Shown: positions 55,084 to 64,000 of the stretch, piece by piece
Position numbering within the stretch: the stretch's first letter is position 1
Layout of the letters: each line of letters starts with the position of its first letter
Assembly: GCA_963727505.1 (NCBI GenBank)
Contig: CAVSGP010000004.1
Location: 288,001-352,000 of the forward strand
Origin: an uncultured Trueperaceae bacterium
GTDB lineage: Bacteria > Deinococcota > Deinococci > Deinococcales > Trueperaceae
Reading direction: 5' to 3'
Length of the DNA stretch: 64,000 nucleotides
Notes under the pieces: generated by a model
What the model saw: the letters and a program-made list of their open reading frames with translations, nothing else
Told to the model about the DNA's origin: nothing
The model's database searches: none
Program-made: the position numbers and the translations under genes

Positions 55084-57651
55084 GTGACGGCGCTGCGTCG
55101 TTTGGCCCTCCTGAACCTGCTCCGGCACCCCTGGCGCAGCCTGGCCACGGTCCTGGGTGTGGGGATCGGCATCGCGGCGGTGCTGACCACCCTGTCGGTC
55201 GGCGCCAACGTCGAGGCCAACGTGCGCGGCGCGCTGCAGGCGGCCGCGGGCAAGGCCGACCTGCTGGTCACGCCGGGCGCCGGCGGACGCGCCGTCTTCG
55301 AGGACGGCCCCGCCCTCGACCTGCTGCGCACCGTCACCGGCGTGAAGGCGGTCTATCCGGTCCTCAACACCCGCGCGGAACCCGTGCGCGCCATCCAGGA
55401 CTTCCAGAAGTCGATCATCCCCGGCGTCGATACCGGGTTCCAGCTCAGCGGTCGCGTCACGACCGAGCCCGCTGACCTGCCGGCCGAGCTCGCGCAGGGC
55501 GCCCTCCCCCAACCCGGGTCGAACGGCGTGGCCATCGCTCAGGGATTCGCTCGCGAACGCGGGATCGCGATGGGCGACACCGTTCGCTTCGCCACCAGCT
55601 TCGGCGACATCCCGCTCACGGTGACGGGCCTCCTCGACGACCGCTACGGGCTGGCCAGCACCAACGGCGGGCGGGTCGGCATCATCGCCATCCAGGACCT
55701 CCGGACCATCCTCCACATGCAGGGGCGCGCCTCCCACATCGAGGTCCTGGTGGATCCATCGGTGCCGGTGGAGGACGTGCGCACGCGCATCGAGGCCCGT
55801 CTCCCGTCGCTGTCGCAGGATCTGACCGTCACCTACCCGGCGGTATCCGGCAACGTGGCATCGGGCATCGTCGACACGCTGCAGTCAGGGCTGTCCGTGC
55901 TTGCGGTGACCCTGCTCGCGCTGGGCGGGTTCATGGCTTACAACACCTTCATGGCCTCGGTGGTGGAGCGCACGCGGGAGTACGCGCTGCTGCGCACCAT
56001 CTGTATGACGCGGGGGGACGTGCAACGCCTGGCGCTGTACGAGGCGGGCGCCCTGAGCCTCGTCGGGGTGCTGGCGGGGCTTGTCCTCGGCGTCGGACTG
56101 GCCTACGTCATCACGCGCATGAACGCGGTCAACCTGGGTTTCGATTTCCGGACGCTGGTCATCCCGGTTCGCAGCGTGGCCCTGGCATCCGGGGTCGGCA
56201 TGATCGTCTCGCTGGCCGCAGGCGTCCTGCCGGCGCGCAGCGCCTCACGCACACCCCCCATCGCGGCCAGCCGCGTTGCGGACGAAGCCCCGTCGCCGCG
56301 CCTGGCGGCGCTGGGCTGGGGCCTGCTGGCATTGGGCGTGGTGTTGGGCGTCCTGCCGTGGTCGGGGTATCTCGCGCTCGCCGCCAGCGGCACCGCGATG
56401 GCGGTGTTCTTCGTCGGGGTGGCCCTGGCCACGCCGAGCCTGCTCCGCCCCTCCCTCCGGCTGCTCACGCCCCTGCTCGCGCGCCTCTTCGGCGCCTCGG
56501 GACGCCTGGGCAGCAACTTCGCCCTGCGCAACGCCGCCCGCAACGGCGTGGCCATCGGCACCGTGGCCGTCGGCACCGGGCTGATCATCGGCGTCGGGTC
56601 GATGGTCGCCGGCATCAACCGGGCCATCGGCTCCTGGGTCGACACCACCATCGTGGGTGACCTGTTCGTGACCTCTCCGGTCAGCTTCCCGGACGACTTC
56701 GAGCAGAAGGCGCAGCAGGTCCCGGGCGTGAACGTGGCCAGCGGCGTCGGCATCCGGGTCGTCCGGTTCGAGCCGAAGGGAGGCGGGCGCGGCCGCTCGA
56801 TCGCGATGATCCTGGTCGACCCGCAGCGCTTCGACCCCAGCGGCGGCTTCGGCCACTTCCAGTACATCCAGGGCCAGGGCGACAACCGCGAGGGCTACCG
56901 CGCTCTGTCGAAGGGCAGTGAGGTCCTGGTGGCCAACACCATGCGCGACAAGTATGGCGTCCAGAAGGGCGACACCATCCGCTTGCGAACCGTCGACGGC
57001 TTCAAGGACTTCCCCGTCGCCGGCGTGGTGGTCGACTTCACCGGCGGTGGCGAGACGGTGGTGGGAAGCATCCACGACCTGCCCCTGTTCGGGGGCGGCT
57101 CGCCCGACCTCTTCGTCATCGCCGACAAGCCCGGTGCCGACCCGCAGCAGGTGCGCCAGGCGTTGCTGACCCGTTTCCCGGGGCTGCACCTCGACGTCAC
57201 CCTCAACGCCGACTACCGGCGCTACGTCTTGAGCCTGACGCAACGATCGTTCCAGACCACCAACATGCTGCTGCTCATCGCGGTGCTGGTCGCGGCGCTG
57301 GGCGTGGCCAACACGCTGGGTATGAACCTGGTGAGCCGCAGTCACGAAATCGCCGTCCTGCGCACGGTCGGCATGACGCGCGGCGGAGTCAGGCGTCTCA
57401 TCGCCTCAGAGGGTATGGTGGTGACTTTGGTGGGCGCCGTACTCGGCGTGGCCTTCGGGTTGCTCCTCTCCCGCGTGATCAGTGCGGGCGCGAGCGCCCT
57501 GACCGGCTTCCTGCTGACGCCTGCGATCAACTGGGCCCTGGTGGGCCTGGCGCTGGCGGCGTCCCCCCTGGTGGGCCTGCTCGCGTCGCTGCTCCCCGCG
57601 CGGCGTGCGGCGCAACTCTCCCCCACCCGGGCGCTGGGATTCGTGGAGTGA
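55084..57651 (+). CDS. ABC transporter permease, duplicated MacB/FtsX-type
   Basis: Two repeats of a TM-periplasmic-3TM unit; NTFMASVVERTREYALLR, NTLGMNLVSRSHEIAVLRTVG, PARRAA; GTG 7 nt after TACACT. Confidence 0.9.
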   Translation: MTALRRLALLNLLRHPWRSLATVLGVGIGIAAVLTTLSVGANVEANVRGALQAAAGKADLLVTPGAGGRAVFEDGPALDLLRTVTGVKAVYPVLNTRAEPVRAIQDFQKSIIPGVDTGFQLSGRVTTEPADLPAELAQGALPQPGSNGVAIAQGFARERGIAMGDTVRFATSFGDIPLTVTGLLDDRYGLASTNGGRVGIIAIQDLRTILHMQGRASHIEVLVDPSVPVEDVRTRIEARLPSLSQDLTVTYPAVSGNVASGIVDTLQSGLSVLAVTLLALGGFMAYNTFMASVVERTREYALLRTICMTRGDVQRLALYEAGALSLVGVLAGLVLGVGLAYVITRMNAVNLGFDFRTLVIPVRSVALASGVGMIVSLAAGVLPARSASRTPPIAASRVADEAPSPRLAALGWGLLALGVVLGVLPWSGYLALAASGTAMAVFFVGVALATPSLLRPSLRLLTPLLARLFGASGRLGSNFALRNAARNGVAIGTVAVGTGLIIGVGSMVAGINRAIGSWVDTTIVGDLFVTSPVSFPDDFEQKAQQVPGVNVASGVGIRVVRFEPKGGGRGRSIAMILVDPQRFDPSGGFGHFQYIQGQGDNREGYRALSKGSEVLVANTMRDKYGVQKGDTIRLRTVDGFKDFPVAGVVVDFTGGGETVVGSIHDLPLFGGGSPDLFVIADKPGADPQQVRQALLTRFPGLHLDVTLNADYRRYVLSLTQRSFQTTNMLLLIAVLVAALGVANTLGMNLVSRSHEIAVLRTVGMTRGGVRRLIASEGMVVTLVGAVLGVAFGLLLSRVISAGASALTGFLLTPAINWALVGLALAASPLVGLLASLLPARRAAQLSPTRALGFVE

Positions 57652-57653
57652 CC

Positions 57654-58394
57654 ATGGCGACGAGCGACGTTCCTGTCCTACGTGCGACCGCGTTGACCAA
57701 ACGCTACCGCCTCGGCGACCTCACCATCGAGGCGCTGAAGGAGGTCGATCTCACCGTGAAGGCGGGCGAGTTCCTGGCCGTGATGGGCCCCAGCGGCAGC
57801 GGCAAGAGCACGCTCCTGCATCTGCTGGGGCTGCTCGACCTGCCGGACGGCGGCGGCGTCGAGGTGGCCGGGCAGGTCACCGCCGACCTGGACGACGACG
57901 CCCTGACGGGGCTGCGGCGCACCAAGCTGGGGTTCTTGTTCCAGAGCTTCGAGCTGATCCCCAACCTCACGGCCCGTGAGAACATTCTGTTGCCGGCGGA
58001 GATCGCCGGACGCGCTGCCCAGGCGGCCGACCGTCTCCGCGAGCTCTCCGAGCAACTCGCCATCGTCGATCGGCTCAACCACCGTCCCCGTCAGCTTTCC
58101 GGCGGCCAGCGACAGCGTGTGGCACTGGCCCGCGCGCTCATCAACGACCCCGTGGTGGTGCTTGCCGACGAACCCACCGGCAATCTCGACACCCACACCG
58201 GTTCCGAGGTCCTCGACCTGCTCCGGCACGGGGTCGATACCCTTGGTTGGACCGTGGTGATGGTCACCCACGACCCCAACGCCGCCATGCACGCCGACCG
58301 CATCGTATTCCTGCGTGACGGCCGGGTCTCGGGCGAAACCGGCACCGCCCAGAGCAACGCCCGCGACATCATCGAACATTTCGTGGGGGTGTGA
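57654..58394 (+). CDS. ABC transporter ATP-binding protein (LolD/MacB-like)
   Basis: GPSGSGKST, LSGGQRQR, ADEPTGNLD, VTHD. Confidence 0.94.
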   Translation: MATSDVPVLRATALTKRYRLGDLTIEALKEVDLTVKAGEFLAVMGPSGSGKSTLLHLLGLLDLPDGGGVEVAGQVTADLDDDALTGLRRTKLGFLFQSFELIPNLTARENILLPAEIAGRAAQAADRLRELSEQLAIVDRLNHRPRQLSGGQRQRVALARALINDPVVVLADEPTGNLDTHTGSEVLDLLRHGVDTLGWTVVMVTHDPNAAMHADRIVFLRDGRVSGETGTAQSNARDIIEHFVGV

Positions 58395-58422
58395 GCGGGC
58401 CGGCGCGGCCCCCGCAAACCGC

Positions 58423-60663
58423 ATGTTGAGACGCATCGCAAGGATCACGGCCCGCTACCCACGATGGGTCCTGGCCGCGTGGCTGTTGCTGGCGGGGATC
58501 TCGCTCCCCTTCGCAGCGCGGGTCGGCGACGTCCTTACGGCCCAGCCTGGAATGGCGCCGCACAGTGTCGCCAAGCAGGTGCGTGCCGTGCTGCGCCAGC
58601 AGTTCGCGCTGCCCGACGACTACAACGTCGTGCTGGTGGTACACGGCGTCGGCGACAAGGTGGGGCAACCCGCCTTCGACGACTCCTTCGCCCGGGTGGT
58701 CGACAACATCAAGGCGGTCCCCGGCGTCACAGCGGTCCGCGACCATCGCAGTGTCACCGGACTGAACCTGGTCGCGCCCGACAACAGCTACACGGTCGCC
58801 CTGGTCAGCATGGCGGCGCCCGACCTCGGCAAGGCCAAGATCATCACCAACCGGATCCGCCAGGTCTTGAAGGGCGCGCCCGGTCTACGCTTCACCATGG
58901 CCGGCGGGCCGGCCACCGTACAGGAGCTCGAGCACGTGAGCGAACGCGACGCTCGGCGCGCCGAAGTGTTCGGCCTGCCCATCTCGTTGCTCATCCTCAT
59001 CATCGCCTTCGGCGCCGTCATCGCCTCGGCGCTGCCGCTTCTGGTGGCGCTGGCCTCGATCACTGTTTCGCTCGCCGCCCTCTACGCCATGGGCCAGGTG
59101 GTCGAGTTCGCCGTGTTCACCCAGACGATCGTCACCATGCTGGGGCTGGCGACGGGCATCGACTACGCGCTGTTGATGGTGAACCGCTTCCGCGAGGAGC
59201 TCCGCCACACCTTCGACCCTCGAGAGGCGGCCGAACGCACCGCGCAGACGGCGGGTAAAGCCGTGGCCTTCAGTGGGCTGACGGTGGTGATGGCGTTGAG
59301 CGGCCTGCTGGTGCCCCCGCTGGCGTTCATCCGCTCGATCGGCGTCGGCACCATCATCGTGCTCCTGATCAGCGTCTCGGTGTCGGTCACGGCGCTGCCC
59401 GCCGCGCTGGCGTTGCTCGGACACCGGGTGAACTGGCTCAAGGTCACGCGCCGCGAGCCCGGGCTGCGCAGCCGCAGCTTCTGGCGCGCCCGCGCCAACG
59501 AGATCATGAGGCGCCCCGTGCTCTGGGCGGTCATCGGTGGGGTCGTCCTGGTCGCTGCCGGGTTGCCTGCGCTCGGCATGCAGGTGGCCGACCCGGGTCC
59601 CCGCGGGCTCTCGAAGACCACCGACGCCAACCGCACCGTCACCGCACTGGAGAACCTGGGCCTGGAGGGCCTGCTGAACTCTTTCGACGTGCTGGTGGAT
59701 TTCGGCCCCAAGGGCTTCTACCGCCCGGACAACGTCCGCAAGATCTCACAGCTCGACCGTAGCCTGACGGAGCTGGACCGGGTGGAGGCCATCACCAGCC
59801 CGATGGCTGTCAGCAGCGTTCCGCGGCTGTTCCTCTACCAGTACTACGCTTCGCCCGACATCGCCTTGAAGAGCGAGATCGCCCCCCTCGCCCGGGCTAC
59901 GATCAGCACGGCCGGGCGCTACGCGCTGGTCCGGGTCTTCCCCAAGGGAACGCTCACCCCCGCGCAGGGCGGTACCCTGCTGTCTACGATCGAGCATCGG
60001 GCGCAGGCGCTCGGCCTCGACGTGAAGGTAGGCGGGGGCTACGTGCAGGAGGCCGAGTGGGCGGCGGTGCTCTATCGCAGCTTCCCGTGGGCGGTGCTGC
60101 TGGTGTACCTCGCCACCATCGTGGTCCTGGGCCTGGCCTTCCGGTCGCTGCTGATCCCCATCAAGGCCATCATCCTCAACACGCTCACCGTCGCTGCGGC
60201 CTACGGCGTCATCACCCTGGTGTTCCAGCAGGGCGTGCTGACGACGCTCTTCGGAGGCGGGCCGGTGCTCGGGTACATCGACACCAGCGCGCCGCTGTTC
60301 ATCTTCGCGATCGTGTTCGGGCTCAGCATGGACTACGAGGTCTTCCTGGTGGCGCGCATCCTCGAGCAGCACGAGCGCGGCGCAAGCGACCGGGAGGCCG
60401 TCGCCACCGCGCTGTCGGCCACGGGCGGCGTGATCACCAGCGCTGCGGCCGTCATGATCACGGTCTTCGCGCTGTTCCTGTTCAGCCACGTGGTGCTCGT
60501 ACGTACCCTCGGCCTGGGGCTTTCCGTCGCGGTCTTGCTCGACGGCACCCTGGTGCGCATGGCGCTGGTCCCGGCGGTGATGACCCTGGCGGGCCGCTGG
60601 AACTGGTGGATGCCGGCTGCACTGACGCGCCTCACGAAGCGAAGCAAACTCAGCCCCGACTAG
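58423..60663 (+). CDS. MMPL family (RND) transporter
   Basis: LGLATGIDYAL..RFREE, TAGKAVAFSG, FGLSMDYEVF, VITSAA, LVPA. Confidence 0.93.
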   Translation: MLRRIARITARYPRWVLAAWLLLAGISLPFAARVGDVLTAQPGMAPHSVAKQVRAVLRQQFALPDDYNVVLVVHGVGDKVGQPAFDDSFARVVDNIKAVPGVTAVRDHRSVTGLNLVAPDNSYTVALVSMAAPDLGKAKIITNRIRQVLKGAPGLRFTMAGGPATVQELEHVSERDARRAEVFGLPISLLILIIAFGAVIASALPLLVALASITVSLAALYAMGQVVEFAVFTQTIVTMLGLATGIDYALLMVNRFREELRHTFDPREAAERTAQTAGKAVAFSGLTVVMALSGLLVPPLAFIRSIGVGTIIVLLISVSVSVTALPAALALLGHRVNWLKVTRREPGLRSRSFWRARANEIMRRPVLWAVIGGVVLVAAGLPALGMQVADPGPRGLSKTTDANRTVTALENLGLEGLLNSFDVLVDFGPKGFYRPDNVRKISQLDRSLTELDRVEAITSPMAVSSVPRLFLYQYYASPDIALKSEIAPLARATISTAGRYALVRVFPKGTLTPAQGGTLLSTIEHRAQALGLDVKVGGGYVQEAEWAAVLYRSFPWAVLLVYLATIVVLGLAFRSLLIPIKAIILNTLTVAAAYGVITLVFQQGVLTTLFGGGPVLGYIDTSAPLFIFAIVFGLSMDYEVFLVARILEQHERGASDREAVATALSATGGVITSAAAVMITVFALFLFSHVVLVRTLGLGLSVAVLLDGTLVRMALVPAVMTLAGRWNWWMPAALTRLTKRSKLSPD

Positions 60664-60714
60664 ACCTCCGAGCACCGCGCGTGCACCGGCCGCTTGCCGG
60701 CGCACGCACCTCGG

Positions 60715-61614
60715 TCAGCGCAGCGTGCCGGTCAGGAGCGCCGTCGCATCGACCTGGTGGCTGGCGAGCCCGGGGGCCTGCAGGCTGAGCGGACCCGACA
60801 CCCGGAAGTCGAGGCTGCCGGCGCCCGACGCCACGGCCGAGACCTGGGCCGCCAGCGCGGGTCCGACCTGCAACGGGTTGAATCGGAACCGCAGGTCGAT
60901 GGGAACGGTCGCGCCCGCGGGCGCGATGATCCGACCGAGTTGCAAGGTGGCGACGTTGGCTCCGCCGAGCACGAGCCTCACGGTCGGTGCCTGGACGACG
61001 TAACCCAGCGGCGACGGGTTGTGTAGCGTCGCCTGGATGTCGAGGGTCGCGCTCGTCAGCGAGTCGACGTGCAGCGTGGGGCCCGAGGAAGCCAGACGGA
61101 TCTCGGGCGCGACCCACTTCGGCGACCACCGAACGCTCCCCTGGGCCAGGGTGGCGCGCGGGAAGCGCTGCACGGCACCGAACACGCGCACGCCCACCGT
61201 GGCGTCCACGCGGTAGGAGGTCGCGGCGCCGGTGAGCAGGCCGGCGACGGTCTGGAGGAGGGCGGGCGCCTGGGCGAGCGGCACCCGGACCTCCATCGTG
61301 AGATCGCTGCTGCCCCGCGCAGGAAGCTCGATGCCGTGACGGAAGGTGGTCGTGGCGGCCCGGCGGTCGCCAAGGTAGAAGTCGCCGTCGAGGGTGGCCA
61401 GACTCAGGCCGATGCTGTTGGGGTTGTGCGCCCGCAGGTGGATGTCGAAGACGGCGGCGCCCTCCCCGACCCCGGGCGGATCGACGTACTGGAAGCCGGT
61501 CCCACTCTCCAGCACCGTGAACGTCGGCGCAGCGATGGCCGGCTCCGCGCCCGGCGCACACGCTGTCAACAGCAGGGGGATCGCCACTAGGAACAGAAGC
61601 CATGAGCGACGCAC
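60715..61614 (-). CDS. Lipoprotein with two LEA_2 (WHy) domains
   Basis: Lipobox LLTAC; HNPNSIGL and HNPSPLG motifs; GIELPARGS; GTG start after GGAGG. Confidence 0.8.
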   Translation of the reverse strand: MRRSWLLFLVAIPLLLTACAPGAEPAIAAPTFTVLESGTGFQYVDPPGVGEGAAVFDIHLRAHNPNSIGLSLATLDGDFYLGDRRAATTTFRHGIELPARGSSDLTMEVRVPLAQAPALLQTVAGLLTGAATSYRVDATVGVRVFGAVQRFPRATLAQGSVRWSPKWVAPEIRLASSGPTLHVDSLTSATLDIQATLHNPSPLGYVVQAPTVRLVLGGANVATLQLGRIIAPAGATVPIDLRFRFNPLQVGPALAAQVSAVASGAGSLDFRVSGPLSLQAPGLASHQVDATALLTGTLR

Positions 61615-61645
61615 ACGACACCTCCGCGGCGCTCGGAAGCGCCTG

Positions 61646-62590
61646 TCACCGCAGGGTAATGCGGGGATTGAAGGCGGCATATAAGATATCCGCCACCAGG
61701 TTCGCCAGTGCGAATCCGAGCACCGCCACCAGTGCCACCGCCTGGAGCAGCGGGATGTCGCGCCGCGCGATGGCGAAGGTCAGCAACCTGCCCAGTCCAG
61801 GGTAGTTGAAGACGTTCTCGACGACGATGAGCCCGCTGATGAGCCAACCGAAGCTGATGGCCACCACCGTGATGGTCGGCAGCAGGGCGTTGCGTAGCAC
61901 GTGCGCCACGACCACGCGCCGCCAGCGCACGCCCTTGAGGACGGCCGTGCGGACGTAGGGACGTTTGAGCTCGACCAGCATGCTGGCACGGGTCAAGCGC
62001 GCGACGTAGGCGAGCAACACCAGGGTGGCCGTCAGGGCCGGCAGCACCAGCGACGGCAAGGCCGCGATGAAGCCGGTGTCCGGCGCGATGGATGAGTTGG
62101 CCGGCAACCAGCCGAGCCGGAAGCTGAAGATCTGGATGAGCACCAGTCCGGTGATGAACTCCGGCAGTCCCACCACCGACAGGCTGGCGAGGCTGATGAG
62201 GGTGTCGATCCAGCTCTCCTCGTAAAGGGCGGCAACGACCCCCAGTGTGACGGCGGTCGGCACGGCGATGACGAGCGTCAGTCCGGCCAGCTCGAGCGAG
62301 TTCCCGAGCCGCGCCAGCACCAGGGCGCGCACGCTCTGACCGGTGCTGAACGACGTGCCCCAGTCGCCACGGACGAAGTCGCCCAGCCAGCTCAGGTACT
62401 GCATGGGCAGGGGGCGGTCGAGACCGAGCTGGCTTCGGAGCTGGTCGAGCGCCTGCTGGCTCGCCTCCCGGCCCAGCAGGATACGCGCGACGTCACCGGG
62501 AAGCGCCTGCGTGATGAGGAAGATCAGCAAGGAGGTGAAGACCATCGTCAGGAGCAGGAAGCCCAGACGCCGGAGCAGGAACCTACCCAT
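61646..62590 (-). CDS. Dipeptide/nickel-type ABC transporter permease
   Basis: LPGDVA, LGLDRPL, YVRTAVLKG, HVLRNALLP, NPRI. Confidence 0.93.
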   Translation of the reverse strand: MGRFLLRRLGFLLLTMVFTSLLIFLITQALPGDVARILLGREASQQALDQLRSQLGLDRPLPMQYLSWLGDFVRGDWGTSFSTGQSVRALVLARLGNSLELAGLTLVIAVPTAVTLGVVAALYEESWIDTLISLASLSVVGLPEFITGLVLIQIFSFRLGWLPANSSIAPDTGFIAALPSLVLPALTATLVLLAYVARLTRASMLVELKRPYVRTAVLKGVRWRRVVVAHVLRNALLPTITVVAISFGWLISGLIVVENVFNYPGLGRLLTFAIARRDIPLLQAVALVAVLGFALANLVADILYAAFNPRITLR

Positions 62591-64000
62591 GGTCCTCCTG
62601 CTCCGGACCCGCATCGCGCGCGTACCCGAACGCGGGCGCTTGCGAAGCGCGGAGCTCCTCCAGCGGGATGTGGCAGTAGATGCCGTGGGCATCCGCCGCT
62701 TCTCGCCAGGGGGGCGGTTCATCGCGGCACACGTCCCCGAGGTAGCGGGGGCAGCGCGTGTGGAAGGGACATCCGGAGGGCGTGTCTACCGCGCTCGGCA
62801 CCTCCCCCTCGAGGCGGATGTGCGAGCGCTCCGCGCCCGGGTCGAGAAGCGGGATCGCCGACAGCAGCGCCTCGGTGTAGGGGTGGTAAGGGGGCTGCAG
62901 CACCTGCTCCGCCGGACCGGACTCCATCACCTTGCCCAGATACACCACCGCCACGTAGTCGGCGAGGAAGCTCACCACCGCTAGATCGTGCGAGATGAAC
63001 AGGTAACCCGTGCCCCGCTCCTCCTGCAACGAGCTGAGGAGGTTGAGGATGGCCGCCTGGACCGACACGTCGAGCCCCGATACGGACTCGTCGAAGACCA
63101 GCACCTCGGGCTCGGCGGCGAAGGAGCGTGCGATGGCCACGCGCTGCTTCTCGCCTCCCGACAGTTCCGACGGACGGCGCGTGGCGTAGTCTCCCGTGAG
63201 TTGAACGTCCTGGAGAAGCTGGGTGACGCGCTGCGAGGCCTCGGAGCGCGACAGGCCCGCCAGCCGGCGGAAGGGCCGGCGCAGGGTGGCTCCCACCGTG
63301 CGGTAGGGGTTCAGCGCCTCATCGGAGCTCTGGAACACCATCTGCAAGCGACGGATGGCACGCTGCGAGCGCCGCTCGAGCGCGCGCGCTACCGGCTCGC
63401 CAACGAGCTCGATGGTGCCCGCGGAGGCGGGATCGAGCCCAACGATGGCGCGCGCCGTGGTGCTCTTGCCCGAACCGCTCTCCCCCACCAGGCCCAGCGT
63501 GTGGCCGCGCCTCACGGTAACGCTGATGTCCTCCACGGCGCGCACCGCGCGTTGCGGTCCGCCCGAAAGCAGCTCGCCCAGCGACCGCCGCAGCGGAAAG
63601 TGCTTGCGCAGGCCGGCGACGTCGAGCACGGCGTCGACCTCGCCGGCAGGCGTCGAGACGCGCGAAGGGGGCGCGCTCTGGTGCGGGTCCACGCTCCCAG
63701 CCTCGATGTCGCGCCATCGGATGCACCGCACCGAGCCCTCCCCGGCGGCCTCCAGCGGAGGCTGATCCGCACGGCAGGCGTCGATCGCGATCGGACAGCG
63801 CGGCGCGAACACGCATCCGGGCGGCAGCGCCGACGGTGAGGGGATGCGTCCCGGAATCGGTCGCAGCGCAACCGACCGTCGGTTGGTCCCCAGCCTCGGC
63901 ACGCTGTCGAACAGACCCTGGGTGTACGGGTGACGCGGGCGATCGTACAGCTCCCGGGTCGGCGCGTCCTCCACCAGCTCGCCGGCGTAGAGCACCGCGA
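62583..64000 (-). CDS. Dipeptide-type ABC ATP-binding protein with fused double ATPase domains (5' end outside the window)
   Basis: GCVFAPRC then a second domain with [25 protein letters not shown]. Confidence 0.92.
   Translation of the reverse strand, partial: AVLYAGELVEDAPTRELYDRPRHPYTQGLFDSVPRLGTNRRSVALRPIPGRIPSPSALPPGCVFAPRCPIAIDACRADQPPLEAAGEGSVRCIRWRDIEAGSVDPHQSAPPSRVSTPAGEVDAVLDVAGLRKHFPLRRSLGELLSGGPQRAVRAVEDISVTVRRGHTLGLVGESGSGKSTTARAIVGLDPASAGTIELVGEPVARALERRSQRAIRRLQMVFQSSDEALNPYRTVGATLRRPFRRLAGLSRSEASQRVTQLLQDVQLTGDYATRRPSELSGGEKQRVAIARSFAAEPEVLVFDESVSGLDVSVQAAILNLLSSLQEERGTGYLFISHDLAVVSFLADYVAVVYLGKVMESGPAEQVLQPPYHPYTEALLSAIPLLDPGAERSHIRLEGEVPSAVDTPSGCPFHTRCPRYLGDVCRDEPPPWREAADAHGIYCHIPLEELRASQAPAFGYARDAGPEQEDHG

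Overview
High-GC chromosomal window, most likely from a Deinococcota bacterium (Trueperaceae-like). The assignment rests on the LysW-type aminoadipate lysine operon, bshC, an EF-P with an Arg loop and many apparently leaderless genes. All calls come from reading motifs; no database search was run. Housekeeping blocks are lysS-T-U-W-X-Y-Z-J-K, mutY, guaB, bshC, purQ-L-F, tRNA-Leu(CAA), secG, an Opp/Dpp-type ABC system and efp-accB-accC-asp23-nusB-folD. Two loci stand out. (1) At 46.1-60.7 kb is a candidate (glyco)sphingolipid synthesis and export locus: serine palmitoyltransferase-like, bCerS-like GNAT, CPBP membrane protein, SDR reductase, glf, a GT28, a flippase-like protein, a GT4, a MacB/FtsX-type ABC system and an MMPL transporter. 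(2) At 3.3-5.7 kb is a three-gene secreted module: an Ig plus cohesin-like lipoprotein, a TIMP-like protein and a dockerin-bearing metzincin-like protein with broken zinc ligands. Two probable 1-nt indels (GH13 3' end, comF stop) may be assembly errors. I saw no mobile element, prophage or CRISPR array.
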